Source: Tahibacter aquaticus
GTDB lineage: Bacteria; Pseudomonadota; Gammaproteobacteria; Xanthomonadales; Rhodanobacteraceae
NCBI RefSeq assembly: GCF_004363655.1
Contig: NZ_SNZH01000019.1
Location: 1 to 24,000 of the forward strand
DNA length: 24,000 nucleotides
Reading direction: 5' to 3'
Shown: one piece after another, positions 6,795 through 14,304 of the stretch
Numbering within the stretch: position 1 is the stretch's first letter
How the letters are laid out: every line of letters begins with the position of its first letter
Notes under the pieces: model-generated
Databases searched by the model: none
What the model was told of the DNA's origin: nothing
Seen by the model: the letters and a program-made list of their open reading frames with translations, nothing else
Program-made: the position numbers and the translations under genes

Positions 6795-8746
6795 ACTTAG
6801 ATACCCTTTGGATGACGCTTCAAGTCGTCATCATTATTGTTCTCGCCATCTTCGTCGCGTATGCCGTGTCAGTTTGGCGTGATCGACGTGCCATTCAGGC
6901 CCTGCTAGACGCGGTAGATTTTTACTCTACGGTCGCCCATGGAACTGCCGACTGGAATCGCAATGCCTTCCCCGGCATCAAGCCTGGTCCGCTCTTCTTA
7001 GGCGCAGCCAATGGCAGCGCGATGTACTACGACGGTGACCAGCACCTGATAACCATTGCCCCGACTAGAACGGGCAAGGGAACCTGCCACATCATTCCCA
7101 ACCTGCTGACCTACCCGGGCAGCATGGTCGTAAACGACATCAAGGGAGAGAACTACAAGCTGTCCGGAGAGAGACGCGGCCACTTCGGTAAGGTCTTCCG
7201 ATTCGCGCCCTTCGAGAACGACACCAGTGGCTTCAACCCGCTGGACTTCGTACGACGAGGCACGCCCGCCGCATTCGATGACGCCATGCTCATCGCCGAC
7301 ATGCTCATCGTGCCAGGGAAAGATGAAGAAGAGGGCAATCACTGGAAGGAAGCCGCCAAGAACCTATTGGCAGGCCTCATCGGCTACGTCAGCGAAACTG
7401 AGGAAGGCGAGCGGAACATGCAGCGCGTCCGCCAGTTGCTGACGCTCAATCAGAAAGCATTTCTTGAATTCGTCCGAGACAAGATGACGGCTTCGAAATC
7501 CGCCTTCGTCGTGCGCGCGGCCAACATACTGCTACAGAAGGCTGACCGCGAGCGTAGCGGCGTTGTCTCGACGGCACAGGCGCAGACCACTATATGGGAT
7601 AGCGAACATCTGTCGACAGCAACAAAAGTTAGTAGTTTTGGCCTTGAAGAGCTGCGTGACCAGGTGGCGACCCTCTACATCATTATTCCCCCGGAACATC
7701 TGAGCACCTACAAGGGGGTGCTGCGCGTCGTACTCGGACTAGCCCTATCGACGATGACCAGGCAGTTGCCAACACGGAACGACCGACCACCGCTGACCTT
7801 CCTGTTCGATGAGTTCCCGAGCCTGGGCTATATGCAGCCCATCGTAGACGGCATGGCCTACCTCGCTGGCTACGGCTGTCGGCTTTGGCTCTTCGCGCAA
7901 GACCTCGGCCAAATCCGTGAGACTTACGGCGACAAGGCCACCTCGCTACTGGCCAACTGCGGAGCGCGCTCCTTCTTCGGCGTTGCCGACTACGAAACTG
8001 CCGAATATGTCTCGAAGATGGTCGGTCAGAAAACCATTCGAACTTCATCCAGAACCTTCAAGACCAGCAAAATTTTGTTCTGGGCTGACGTTTGGGGCGT
8101 TGAAACCCAGAGTCTGCAATATGTCGGCGTGCCGCTTATCACGCCCGACGAAGTCATGCGAATACCGACTTGGGGCGATCAGCAGCGGCAAATCGTATTC
8201 CTACAAGGACAACGCCCGGTCTTGGCGTACAAAATCCCTTACCAGGATGTAGCAGTCTGGGCTGCTGCTGCGGTGCGTGCGCCGGTGTCGGTGCAGCTCA
8301 ACCAGTCGCCTATGCCGCCAAGCGATGTGCCAGAGGCTTCACAACAACCGGAGGTTGTAGCTGCAACTGGCACGGCTAACAGGGGGGTGAAAATACCCCT
8401 TGCAACCAAGCCGGGGTCTGCTTACATAAAAGGAGGCAACAAGCGAAAGGGTCAGGGGATGACCGCGACTTACGAACTCATTGAAGAATCCGAGGCCAAC
8501 TCGGAGAAAATGCACGAAAGCATGGTTCAATCAGCACAGCGTGCCCGCGAGGCAGAGCAAAAAGCAAAAGTACTGCAAAATGAACTTGCGACGTTGCCGT
8601 CTCAAGACCCAAGACGAGAAGGCTTGCTAAAACATATCGAGCTTTTGCAACTCATCGTCCAAACCGCTCGCGAAAACGTGTCGGATGGCCGCCTGGTATT
8701 GGATGCCGAGAGTGCTTTTGCAAAACGCCTCAAGGATGGATCATGA
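6791..8746 (+). CDS. traG: Type IV secretion coupling protein (VirD4/TraG family ATPase) with single N-terminal TM helix and long charged C-terminal tail
   Basis: The 651-aa product shows these motifs: HGTADW, Walker A ITIAPTRTGKGTCHIIPNLL, VVNDIKGENYKL, NPLDF, Walker B-like PLTFLFDEFPSLG, and RLWLFAQDLGQIRETYG. One hydrophobic segment spans residues ~8-28. The C-terminal ~150 aa are rich in E/K/Q/A heptad-like sequence. Confidence 0.92.
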   Translation: MNLDTLWMTLQVVIIIVLAIFVAYAVSVWRDRRAIQALLDAVDFYSTVAHGTADWNRNAFPGIKPGPLFLGAANGSAMYYDGDQHLITIAPTRTGKGTCHIIPNLLTYPGSMVVNDIKGENYKLSGERRGHFGKVFRFAPFENDTSGFNPLDFVRRGTPAAFDDAMLIADMLIVPGKDEEEGNHWKEAAKNLLAGLIGYVSETEEGERNMQRVRQLLTLNQKAFLEFVRDKMTASKSAFVVRAANILLQKADRERSGVVSTAQAQTTIWDSEHLSTATKVSSFGLEELRDQVATLYIIIPPEHLSTYKGVLRVVLGLALSTMTRQLPTRNDRPPLTFLFDEFPSLGYMQPIVDGMAYLAGYGCRLWLFAQDLGQIRETYGDKATSLLANCGARSFFGVADYETAEYVSKMVGQKTIRTSSRTFKTSKILFWADVWGVETQSLQYVGVPLITPDEVMRIPTWGDQQRQIVFLQGQRPVLAYKIPYQDVAVWAAAAVRAPVSVQLNQSPMPPSDVPEASQQPEVVAATGTANRGVKIPLATKPGSAYIKGGNKRKGQGMTATYELIEESEANSEKMHESMVQSAQRAREAEQKAKVLQNELATLPSQDPRREGLLKHIELLQLIVQTARENVSDGRLVLDAESAFAKRLKDGS

Positions 8747-9081
8747 CCACGCTGCAAGAAGAAGAGGTCCGCTGTAAGCGACGCTTACTAGATGCCGTGG
8801 AGCAGAAGAAGAGCGTGGAAGACCAGCTCGTAGCGAAAGAAGACGAGCTAGAAAAAAAGGGCTTCACGCCTGAGCTTTGGGCGAAAGTCGATAAGCTACA
8901 AAAGCAACGCGCCGAACTCATTTCTTTAGTGAGTGCCCGAGGAGCCGAATGGCGAGAGGCAAAAGCAAACCTAGACGCTGAGCATCAGCTTGAAGAACGG
9001 CGCGCCCGTGAAGCCGAAAGCCAGAAGGCGCGTGAGCAAGAACGCGCTAAGGGAAAGGAAATAGACGACCTGGAACTTTAG
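8743..9081 (+). CDS. Small highly charged coiled-coil protein, translationally coupled to the T4CP gene
   Basis: 112-aa ORF. Its ATG overlaps the T4CP stop (ATGA at 8743-8746), with AAGGATGGA upstream. The sequence is dominated by E/K/R/Q/A/L (EDELEKKG.., LEERRAREAESQKAREQERAKGKE). Confidence 0.7.
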   Translation: MTTLQEEEVRCKRRLLDAVEQKKSVEDQLVAKEDELEKKGFTPELWAKVDKLQKQRAELISLVSARGAEWREAKANLDAEHQLEERRAREAESQKAREQERAKGKEIDDLEL

Positions 9082-9117
9082 CGGCGTAGATACACCGCCG
9101 TAATCTGCTCGCGCTCG
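9078..9117 (-). pseudogene. 40-bp relic of the 3' end of a tyrosine-recombinase gene
   Basis: The minus strand reads EREQITAVYLRR*. Positions 9088-9117 are 30/30 identical to 10073-10102 and 27/30 identical to the 3' end of the intact integrase (10621-10650). Confidence 0.65.
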
Positions 9118-9269
9118 GTTTCGGGAAGGCATAGATTGGGCAGCATATAGCTGCCGCCAGCGCGACAACGGCCCGCGCGGCACACTTATGTGGGAAGATT
9201 ACTCTTGCAATTAGGCTCAAGGAAAAGCGCAGCAGTAAGGAGCGAGAGATGATGGATTCGAAGTGGTTT

Positions 9270-9932
9270 TCATGCACCGCGGTCGGCGACCTCGCGGGCA
9301 CGATGCGCAACTAGGGTGATTTTTGCCCACAACTCTTCTGCACTTTTTGCCAATTCTTGTATCTTCTCATCGTCGGTATCTGACCATATGTCAAGGACGA
9401 GCAATGCCTTCTTCCCCAGGAGCAAGGTGTCGCGATCAAAGTCTCGGCCTAATTCGATTGCTTCGGCAAACGTCGCCTCTGATCCTCCTAGCAAGTGCGC
9501 CCGCTCTAAAAACGTCACCAGCTCCTGCTGCGCAGAAAATTCAATACGCGCATCGCCGCTCAAGTATTTGCCCGCGATCTCCCGACTGTTTCCGTAGGCT
9601 AGAAAACGTCCGCCGATCCCGACCCGCGCGCCCCATTCTTCGAGGGGTGGGAGTATTCGCCTCGCGAATGCCCGAGCGGCTGTGACCTCCACTCTGCGTA
9701 GGTCAGCTAGTGCGTGCCCTCGCTGTATGGCGAGTACTAAAAACACTGCCACCAACGTGCCTGCGGACAGCAAGGCTTGCGCCCAGGCCGCGCAGGCACT
9801 TAACCAGCTTGGGTCTTTCATGCATAGCGGCTTGGCGATTCCCCAGAGCTCTAGGCAAAAGATGCCGAGACCAACGACCAGCCCGCCCCAACCAAGTCCC
9901 GCGCTCGCAATCTTCAATGCCCTGCGAATCAC
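9270..9932 (-). CDS. Hypothetical protein with two N-terminal TM helices and a soluble C-terminal domain
   Basis: 220-aa ORF with a GTG start preceded by a strong SD (GGAGGAG, 6-nt spacer). Hydrophobic segments: GLGWGGLVVGLGIFCLELWGI and ALLSAGTLVAVFLVLAI. No family was recognised. Confidence 0.7.
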   Translation of the reverse strand: MIRRALKIASAGLGWGGLVVGLGIFCLELWGIAKPLCMKDPSWLSACAAWAQALLSAGTLVAVFLVLAIQRGHALADLRRVEVTAARAFARRILPPLEEWGARVGIGGRFLAYGNSREIAGKYLSGDARIEFSAQQELVTFLERAHLLGGSEATFAEAIELGRDFDRDTLLLGKKALLVLDIWSDTDDEKIQELAKSAEELWAKITLVAHRAREVADRGA

Positions 9933-10062
9933 AATTCACTCCTCCAGACCGGTCGGGCTGATATGCATTCCGCGATTTACGTTGGGCTTTGGCGGAACAA
10001 ACTTTTGCATTCTACGCCTCACAGAAGGCGCGCAGAGCTAGCGGTGTACTCTCTCATGACCA

Positions 10063-10195
10063 CTATCGCCCAAGATACACCGCCGTAATCTGCTCGCGCT
10101 CGTGGCCGAGCTAGCAGAAAATCCGCAACCTGGCCTCGCGTTCACGAGCCTCGCCGTCGCTCTCGCCACCAAGAAGCGGCTTGAAGTAGGTCCAA
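10063..10195 (-). pseudogene. ~130-bp relic of the 3' end of a related tyrosine-recombinase gene, with an internal stop
   Basis: The minus strand reads ..LGGESDGEAREREARLRIFC*LGHEREQITAVYLGR*. The intact gene reads ..QLGIDDKARDRDARLKISRELGHEREQITAVYLGR*. Nucleotide similarity is clear over the first ~90 bp and then fades. Confidence 0.75.
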
Positions 10196-10332
10196 AATTA
10201 GAAGCTCAACAAGAACAAAGGTGCAGAGATACACTTCGGATGCTAGCGGTTCGAGACAGGTTGACGTAGTCTACTAGCAGACGCACCGCTGCTGAATGAG
10301 TACTTCCAACCGCAAGCCTGGAGGATGCAACA

Positions 10333-10590
10333 ATGGCCAAAGGTTTTCGTTGCCCTGCATGTGGCAAATCTACTGCCACACAGGATAAGGGGGCATATCA
10401 CTGCGGCAACAATGCGTGTGGCACTGTCTGGTGGACTGCGTTCGATAGACCGTCCGCCGGAGCAAAGAAAAAGGGGTTCGAATGCACGTCTTGTGGAAAG
10501 CAAACAGTGCATTCAATCGCCACGGTTGCTGCCGCTGAAATATGGCGTTGCAGTACATGTGCATGGACCCGGATTAGCCCGGTTCAGTAG
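10333..10590 (+). CDS. Small double zinc-ribbon protein (internal duplication)
   Basis: 85-aa ORF with SD GGAGGA 7 nt upstream. It has two CxxC..CxxxC/CxxC units: FRCPACGK..YHCGNNACG and FECTSCGK..WRCSTCAW. Confidence 0.7.
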   Translation: MAKGFRCPACGKSTATQDKGAYHCGNNACGTVWWTAFDRPSAGAKKKGFECTSCGKQTVHSIATVAAAEIWRCSTCAWTRISPVQ

Positions 10591-10610
10591 ACGAGAGCTT
10601 CAATACCAGC

Positions 10611-11492
10611 CTATCGACCGAGATAGACCGCCGTTATCTGCTCTCGCTCGTGGCCCAGCTCGCGAGAAATCTTCAACCTGGCATCGCGGTCGCGGGCCTT
10701 GTCGTCAATACCGAGCTGACGTGAGGTCGGGCCGCCGGCAGCAGGGCAAGGAAAGCCCGTTTCCTCCAGGTAGCGACGCTGCGCATACTGATGCCGTAGG
10801 CCGTGGGTTTTCGAGAGGCCAGCCTTCGCCGTCTGGTGCTTGAAGGTGTTGAGCTGTTCAACATAGAGCTTGTTGGACGGAATCAGCGAGCCGCCTTTGG
10901 CGAAGCCAGCGACCTCCTGGAGCAAGGCCACCTGTTCCGCCGTGCGTATCGGAACCTCGCGCGGCCTTCCGCCCTTGCACCAGGACGCCTTGAGCTGTAC
11001 GACCTGGCCGACTTCAATGGCGACCAACGCGACCTTGGGGCGAAACTTCAGGGCTTCTTCGCGGCGCAGGCCAAAGGCGGCCTGCAAGCGCAGGGCATAC
11101 CGCGTCCAGGGATCAGTGACCCGCTCCAGGCCATCGCCGCCCAACTCAACAGCCTTGGTCTTGTTGGTGACGTACTTGCGGTCAGCAATGCCGTAAAAGG
11201 CGTTGTCGCTGGCAATGATGCCCGGCTTGCCGACCTTTTCGGCCCACCACCGAAGGGCCGCCATGCGGTTCTTCACCGTGCCGACTGACAGGTCTTGTCC
11301 ACGCCAGGACTTCACCAACGCCTCGACGTGCTTCGGCTTGAGGCTGTCGGCAGTCATATTCTGATAGCCCAACCCCTTCAGGTCGTCGGCCATCTTGGTC
11401 AGAGTCTTTAATCTCTCTGCCTGGGTGCCAAAGCTCCCGTCTTTGTTGCGGTAGGCCAGGTGTCGCAGGTCGTATTTCAAGCTCACACGCAT
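10611..11492 (-). CDS. Tyrosine recombinase / phage-type integrase
   Basis: The 293-aa product has an N-terminal SAM-like region (KPKHVEALVKSW..TVKNRMAALRWW). The catalytic signature reads AFGLRREEAL (Arg), KGGRPREVPI, THGLRHQYAQ (His-x-x-Arg), and LGHEREQITAVYLGR* (His..Tyr), with the Tyr four residues from the C-terminus. Confidence 0.9.
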   Translation of the reverse strand: MRVSLKYDLRHLAYRNKDGSFGTQAERLKTLTKMADDLKGLGYQNMTADSLKPKHVEALVKSWRGQDLSVGTVKNRMAALRWWAEKVGKPGIIASDNAFYGIADRKYVTNKTKAVELGGDGLERVTDPWTRYALRLQAAFGLRREEALKFRPKVALVAIEVGQVVQLKASWCKGGRPREVPIRTAEQVALLQEVAGFAKGGSLIPSNKLYVEQLNTFKHQTAKAGLSKTHGLRHQYAQRRYLEETGFPCPAAGGPTSRQLGIDDKARDRDARLKISRELGHEREQITAVYLGR

Positions 11493-11684
11493 TGCCGGAG
11501 TTCCGGTAAGTGTTCACGCCGTCACTGGTGGCTCCGGGAGCCAGCCAGCAACCCCACCTCGATCAGATCGAGGCAGGCAGGGGCTATTGAGCTTGGGCGC
11601 ATCGACCGATGCACCCGCGTTTGTGCCTGTTGGCACCTCCTTTCTACGCAGGTTGTTGACCTGATTGGTTTTCATACGACGGTG

Positions 11685-11960
11685 CTAGCTCCCCTCCTGG
11701 CCGGAAGGGGAAAGCACCCGATGCAGGTTTTTCGCGTGGGCCTGTCCACGTTGAGGGTTTCCCCTCGAACCGTCCTGAAACGCCTGTAGGTTTCGTTTCA
11801 AGCGTTCCGCCTTGCCCCGGCTCATATCGCGTTCGTGGCGCGCCTGGGCTGTCTCCTGATGCGCTTCCATGAGCGCGACCAGCAGACGCGCGTTCTCGCG
11901 GCGGAGGGTTCCGACTTCCGCACGGAGGGCCGCGAGCTGTTCCGCGACGCTGGTCGTCAT
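11685..11960 (-). CDS. Hypothetical small coiled-coil protein upstream of the integrase (start uncertain: ATG 11960 or TTG 11987)
   Basis: Track ORF 11685..11987. The N-terminal half is heptad-like (AEQLAALRAEVGTLRRENARLLVALMEAHQETAQARHE). The C-terminal third is low complexity. No convincing SD was found. Confidence 0.4.
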   Translation of the reverse strand: MTTSVAEQLAALRAEVGTLRRENARLLVALMEAHQETAQARHERDMSRGKAERLKRNLQAFQDGSRGNPQRGQAHAKNLHRVLSPSGQEGS

Positions 11961-12015
11961 GCCTCCATCATTCCGAAATCGTGCCAAAAAATCAATGTAT
12001 ACCGAGGTGTTTCAT

Positions 12016-12052
12016 GCGTCGTCATTGTCAGCTTGGCAGCCAATGACGACGC
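12016..12052. repeat. Perfect 12-bp inverted repeat with 13-nt spacer in ORF-free DNA
   Basis: GCGTCGTCATTG (12016-12027), then tcagcttggcagc, then CAATGACGACGC (12041-12052). Confidence 0.85.
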
Positions 12053-12891
12053 TGCGTGTTGCTACGCCCCCCCGAAAACGCCACGCCGGTTTTGGACAGG
12101 CACGCCGGTTCTTCAGTTTTGTGAAGACTGTTCACGGGCGTCAGGCGGCCAGTACGCCTTCAGACAACAGAGGAGATGAACGCTTTCGTCTAGCGGCAGG
12201 GGGGGGCTCACCCTTCCCCCTTTGTCGTATCCGACAACAGCCGTCTGAGTTCTGTCGGCTACAACCATCCCGAAGCGGTCGGCATCTTGCGGTTCACGCT
12301 ACGCGGCTCGCAGCCGCCTCCGCAGGTGCGTTTCGCAGACCATATAGCTGAGAGGATCGGCGCCTTCACCGCAGCGAGGCATACCGGAGCGTGGTCGAGC
12401 AATCCTCTCACCGCTGTCTGGCCAGCTATTGCCGTAGTAACCGTTGCGTGCTTCTGCGTCCAGCGCACATCGCCTTCTTCTGCCTGGGGTCGTCGTGTTC
12501 TAGGGCTAGCCACCAAATTCTTCCTGACCTAGGCCCTTACCCCCCCCGTGCCGTGTGGCCAAGAAATGGACTCGTTGCCCAACCCGAATCACGCAGATCA
12601 ATCGCGACTACGGCGGAATGCAAAGGAATCACGAAAACTTGTGCTGTCGACGGACGTGTCGGATAGTCGCCCTACTAGCGAACCGCGCTCTCACGCTACG
12701 CTTCAACTGCTGGAGCGATTAGTTCGCAGAGCCTAACGGATGGCGGCAATTTTTGGTGCACGCTCACATTCAAGTTCGCCAGTGTTCGAAAAGCGACTGT
12801 TCAGTTTGGCTCTATCTGCGATTCAAGAATCTGCATAGGAAACCACCAAGCCGGTTGCGTTTTATGATTATCCTTTTAAAAGGACATTCTT

Positions 12892-13530
12892 GTGACTCGC
12901 TCTTACTATCGTATTTATCAGTACCGTCCAGATAGTCAACCACGCGACTTTGATACTTTTTTGGCGAGCCGCGTATGGTCAGCATCTATTGAAAGTCTGA
13001 ATGATCCATTTGAGTTCCATGCCTTTAGTACCCTCGCGTCAAGACCAGAAATGCATGCACAGTTCGCAAGTGCTGGCGTGACATGCTTCTGTCGTGCGCT
13101 TACAAATCCGCTGCTCTGGTCACACTACGCCAACGGCCATACCGGATTTTCTGTTGGATATGATCCTGCACATCCATTCTTCGGTGGCGATAAGGAAATG
13201 CGTATGCGAATTCTGCACGACGTTCGCTACGAAGACATTCCTCCAAACGCCGATTTTCTGGAGGGTGATGACCTGGCTATGGCGGCAGTTCTTACAAAGC
13301 CAACTTGCTGGGCGTATGAGCAGGAGGTGCGACTCATTACGCGAGAATCTAAACGACTTGTCGATATCCCGACGGATGCGATTAAAGAGTTGATATTAGG
13401 TGCTCGAATGTCGTCTGATCGGGTCACTGAGATTGTCAATAAGATCCAATCGATCAACATGAATGTGAAGATTGCCAAGATGCAGTTCTCCAGAGAGAGC
13501 TATGGCGTTAGACCGCAGTGGATCGCATAG
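12892..13530 (+). CDS. DUF2971-family protein
   Basis: 212-aa ORF with a GTG start and AAGGA 8 nt upstream. Motifs YRIYQYR, SLNDPFEF, LWSHYA and CWAYEQEVRL match my recollection of PF11185. It lies in a more A/T-rich segment. Confidence 0.8.
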   Translation: MTRSYYRIYQYRPDSQPRDFDTFLASRVWSASIESLNDPFEFHAFSTLASRPEMHAQFASAGVTCFCRALTNPLLWSHYANGHTGFSVGYDPAHPFFGGDKEMRMRILHDVRYEDIPPNADFLEGDDLAMAAVLTKPTCWAYEQEVRLITRESKRLVDIPTDAIKELILGARMSSDRVTEIVNKIQSINMNVKIAKMQFSRESYGVRPQWIA

Positions 13531-13599
13531 CTTTGGTATGCGCGCAGGTAAGCATTGGCCTACTGGAGGCTGAACCTAAGCCCTAAAAGGACTACGGAT

Positions 13600-14304
13600 A
13601 TGTCGTCGCGCACAAAGGTTCCAGGCTCGACTCAGGCCGAGGTGCTTGTCCAATCTCGTCGCCGATGCTGCATTTGCTACGGACTATCCAAAGACTCCTC
13701 CGTCAAAAAGGGGCAAATTGCCCACCTCGACGGTGATCGGAACAACAACGCATCAAAAAATCTAGCCTTTCTGTGCTTCGACCATCACGACGAATTCGAC
13801 TCACGGACAAGTCAGAGCAAAGGACTTCAGACGACGGAAATAGAGATCTACCGAGAGGAGCTCTACTACACTTTTGGAAGTTGGAGTGCTCAGCTTCATC
13901 GAGACGAGCTACTTAACTTTCTAGCATTCTACGCTGCGGACTACGATGCTATGGCGAAAGCTGCGATCAAGGCCGGACATTCTGTCGTCTTCTATGGAGA
14001 AGAGCTTGCATTTGATGTACTTGTAACTGACCAAGTCGACTACTGTGACGGAGATCTATATCTTCCGCATATTGCTGTACTCGAACTCTTTGCCGCTTGG
14101 GGTTGGCTAACGTTCTCATACGAAGAGCAAAAGGATGAGAATGACATTACGTCAAGGGTTTTAATAAGAGCTGATCGGAAGCCTATTTGCGACGAGGTTG
14201 CGAAACGCCTTCTGACTGCACTTGAGTCCAAGCAAGACGTTTACCAAAGCCTTGCTGCCAAAGCCAAGCATCGAGGGTGGTCGCGTGATGAAGGTAGCCC
14301 CTAA
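13600..14304 (+). CDS. HNH-type nuclease domain protein with unassigned C-terminal domain
   Basis: The ATG at 13600, with AAAGGA 8 nt upstream, is preferred over the TTG at 13555. The N-terminal signature is RRRCCICYG..GQIAHLDGDRNNNASKNLAFLCFDHHDEFD (CxxC, His, Asn-rich, CxxHH). The remaining ~150 aa are unassigned. Confidence 0.75.
   Translation: MSSRTKVPGSTQAEVLVQSRRRCCICYGLSKDSSVKKGQIAHLDGDRNNNASKNLAFLCFDHHDEFDSRTSQSKGLQTTEIEIYREELYYTFGSWSAQLHRDELLNFLAFYAADYDAMAKAAIKAGHSVVFYGEELAFDVLVTDQVDYCDGDLYLPHIAVLELFAAWGWLTFSYEEQKDENDITSRVLIRADRKPICDEVAKRLLTALESKQDVYQSLAAKAKHRGWSRDEGSP

Noticed and set aside
9249-9314. 21-aa plus-strand mini-ORF (MMDSKWFSCTAVGDLAGTMRN*) with a strong AAGGAG SD 6 nt upstream
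   Set aside because: It overlaps the 3' end of the convergent 2-TM protein gene and is too short to evaluate without conservation or ribosome-profiling data. It is noted only as a possibility.
10248-10483. GGTTCGA strings (10248-10254 and 10475-10483) resembling a tRNA T-arm
   Set aside because: No matching acceptor, anticodon or D-arm pairing surrounds either site. The second lies inside the zinc-ribbon coding frame. I found no tRNA in the window.
9078-11492. Integron interpretation of the integrase plus repeat-bounded single-gene segments
   Set aside because: The array lies 3' of the integrase gene and is co-oriented with it, not upstream of a divergent intI with attI and Pc. The repeats are fragments of the integrase coding sequence, not attC-like imperfect palindromes. 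The integrase lacks any feature I could tie to IntI.
11514-11675. 53-aa minus-strand ORF between the integrase and the small coiled-coil gene (MKTNQVNNLRRKEVPTGT..)
   Set aside because: It has no SD and a low-complexity, Pro/Gly-rich C-terminus, and it is below the track threshold. The evidence is insufficient to call it a gene.
11869-12736. Track ORFs of 160, 85, 81, 91 and 62 aa in the ORF-free region
   Set aside because: They mutually overlap in different frames, are Arg/Ser/Pro/Cys-rich, and have no SD or motif. The region is better treated as non-coding or decayed DNA.
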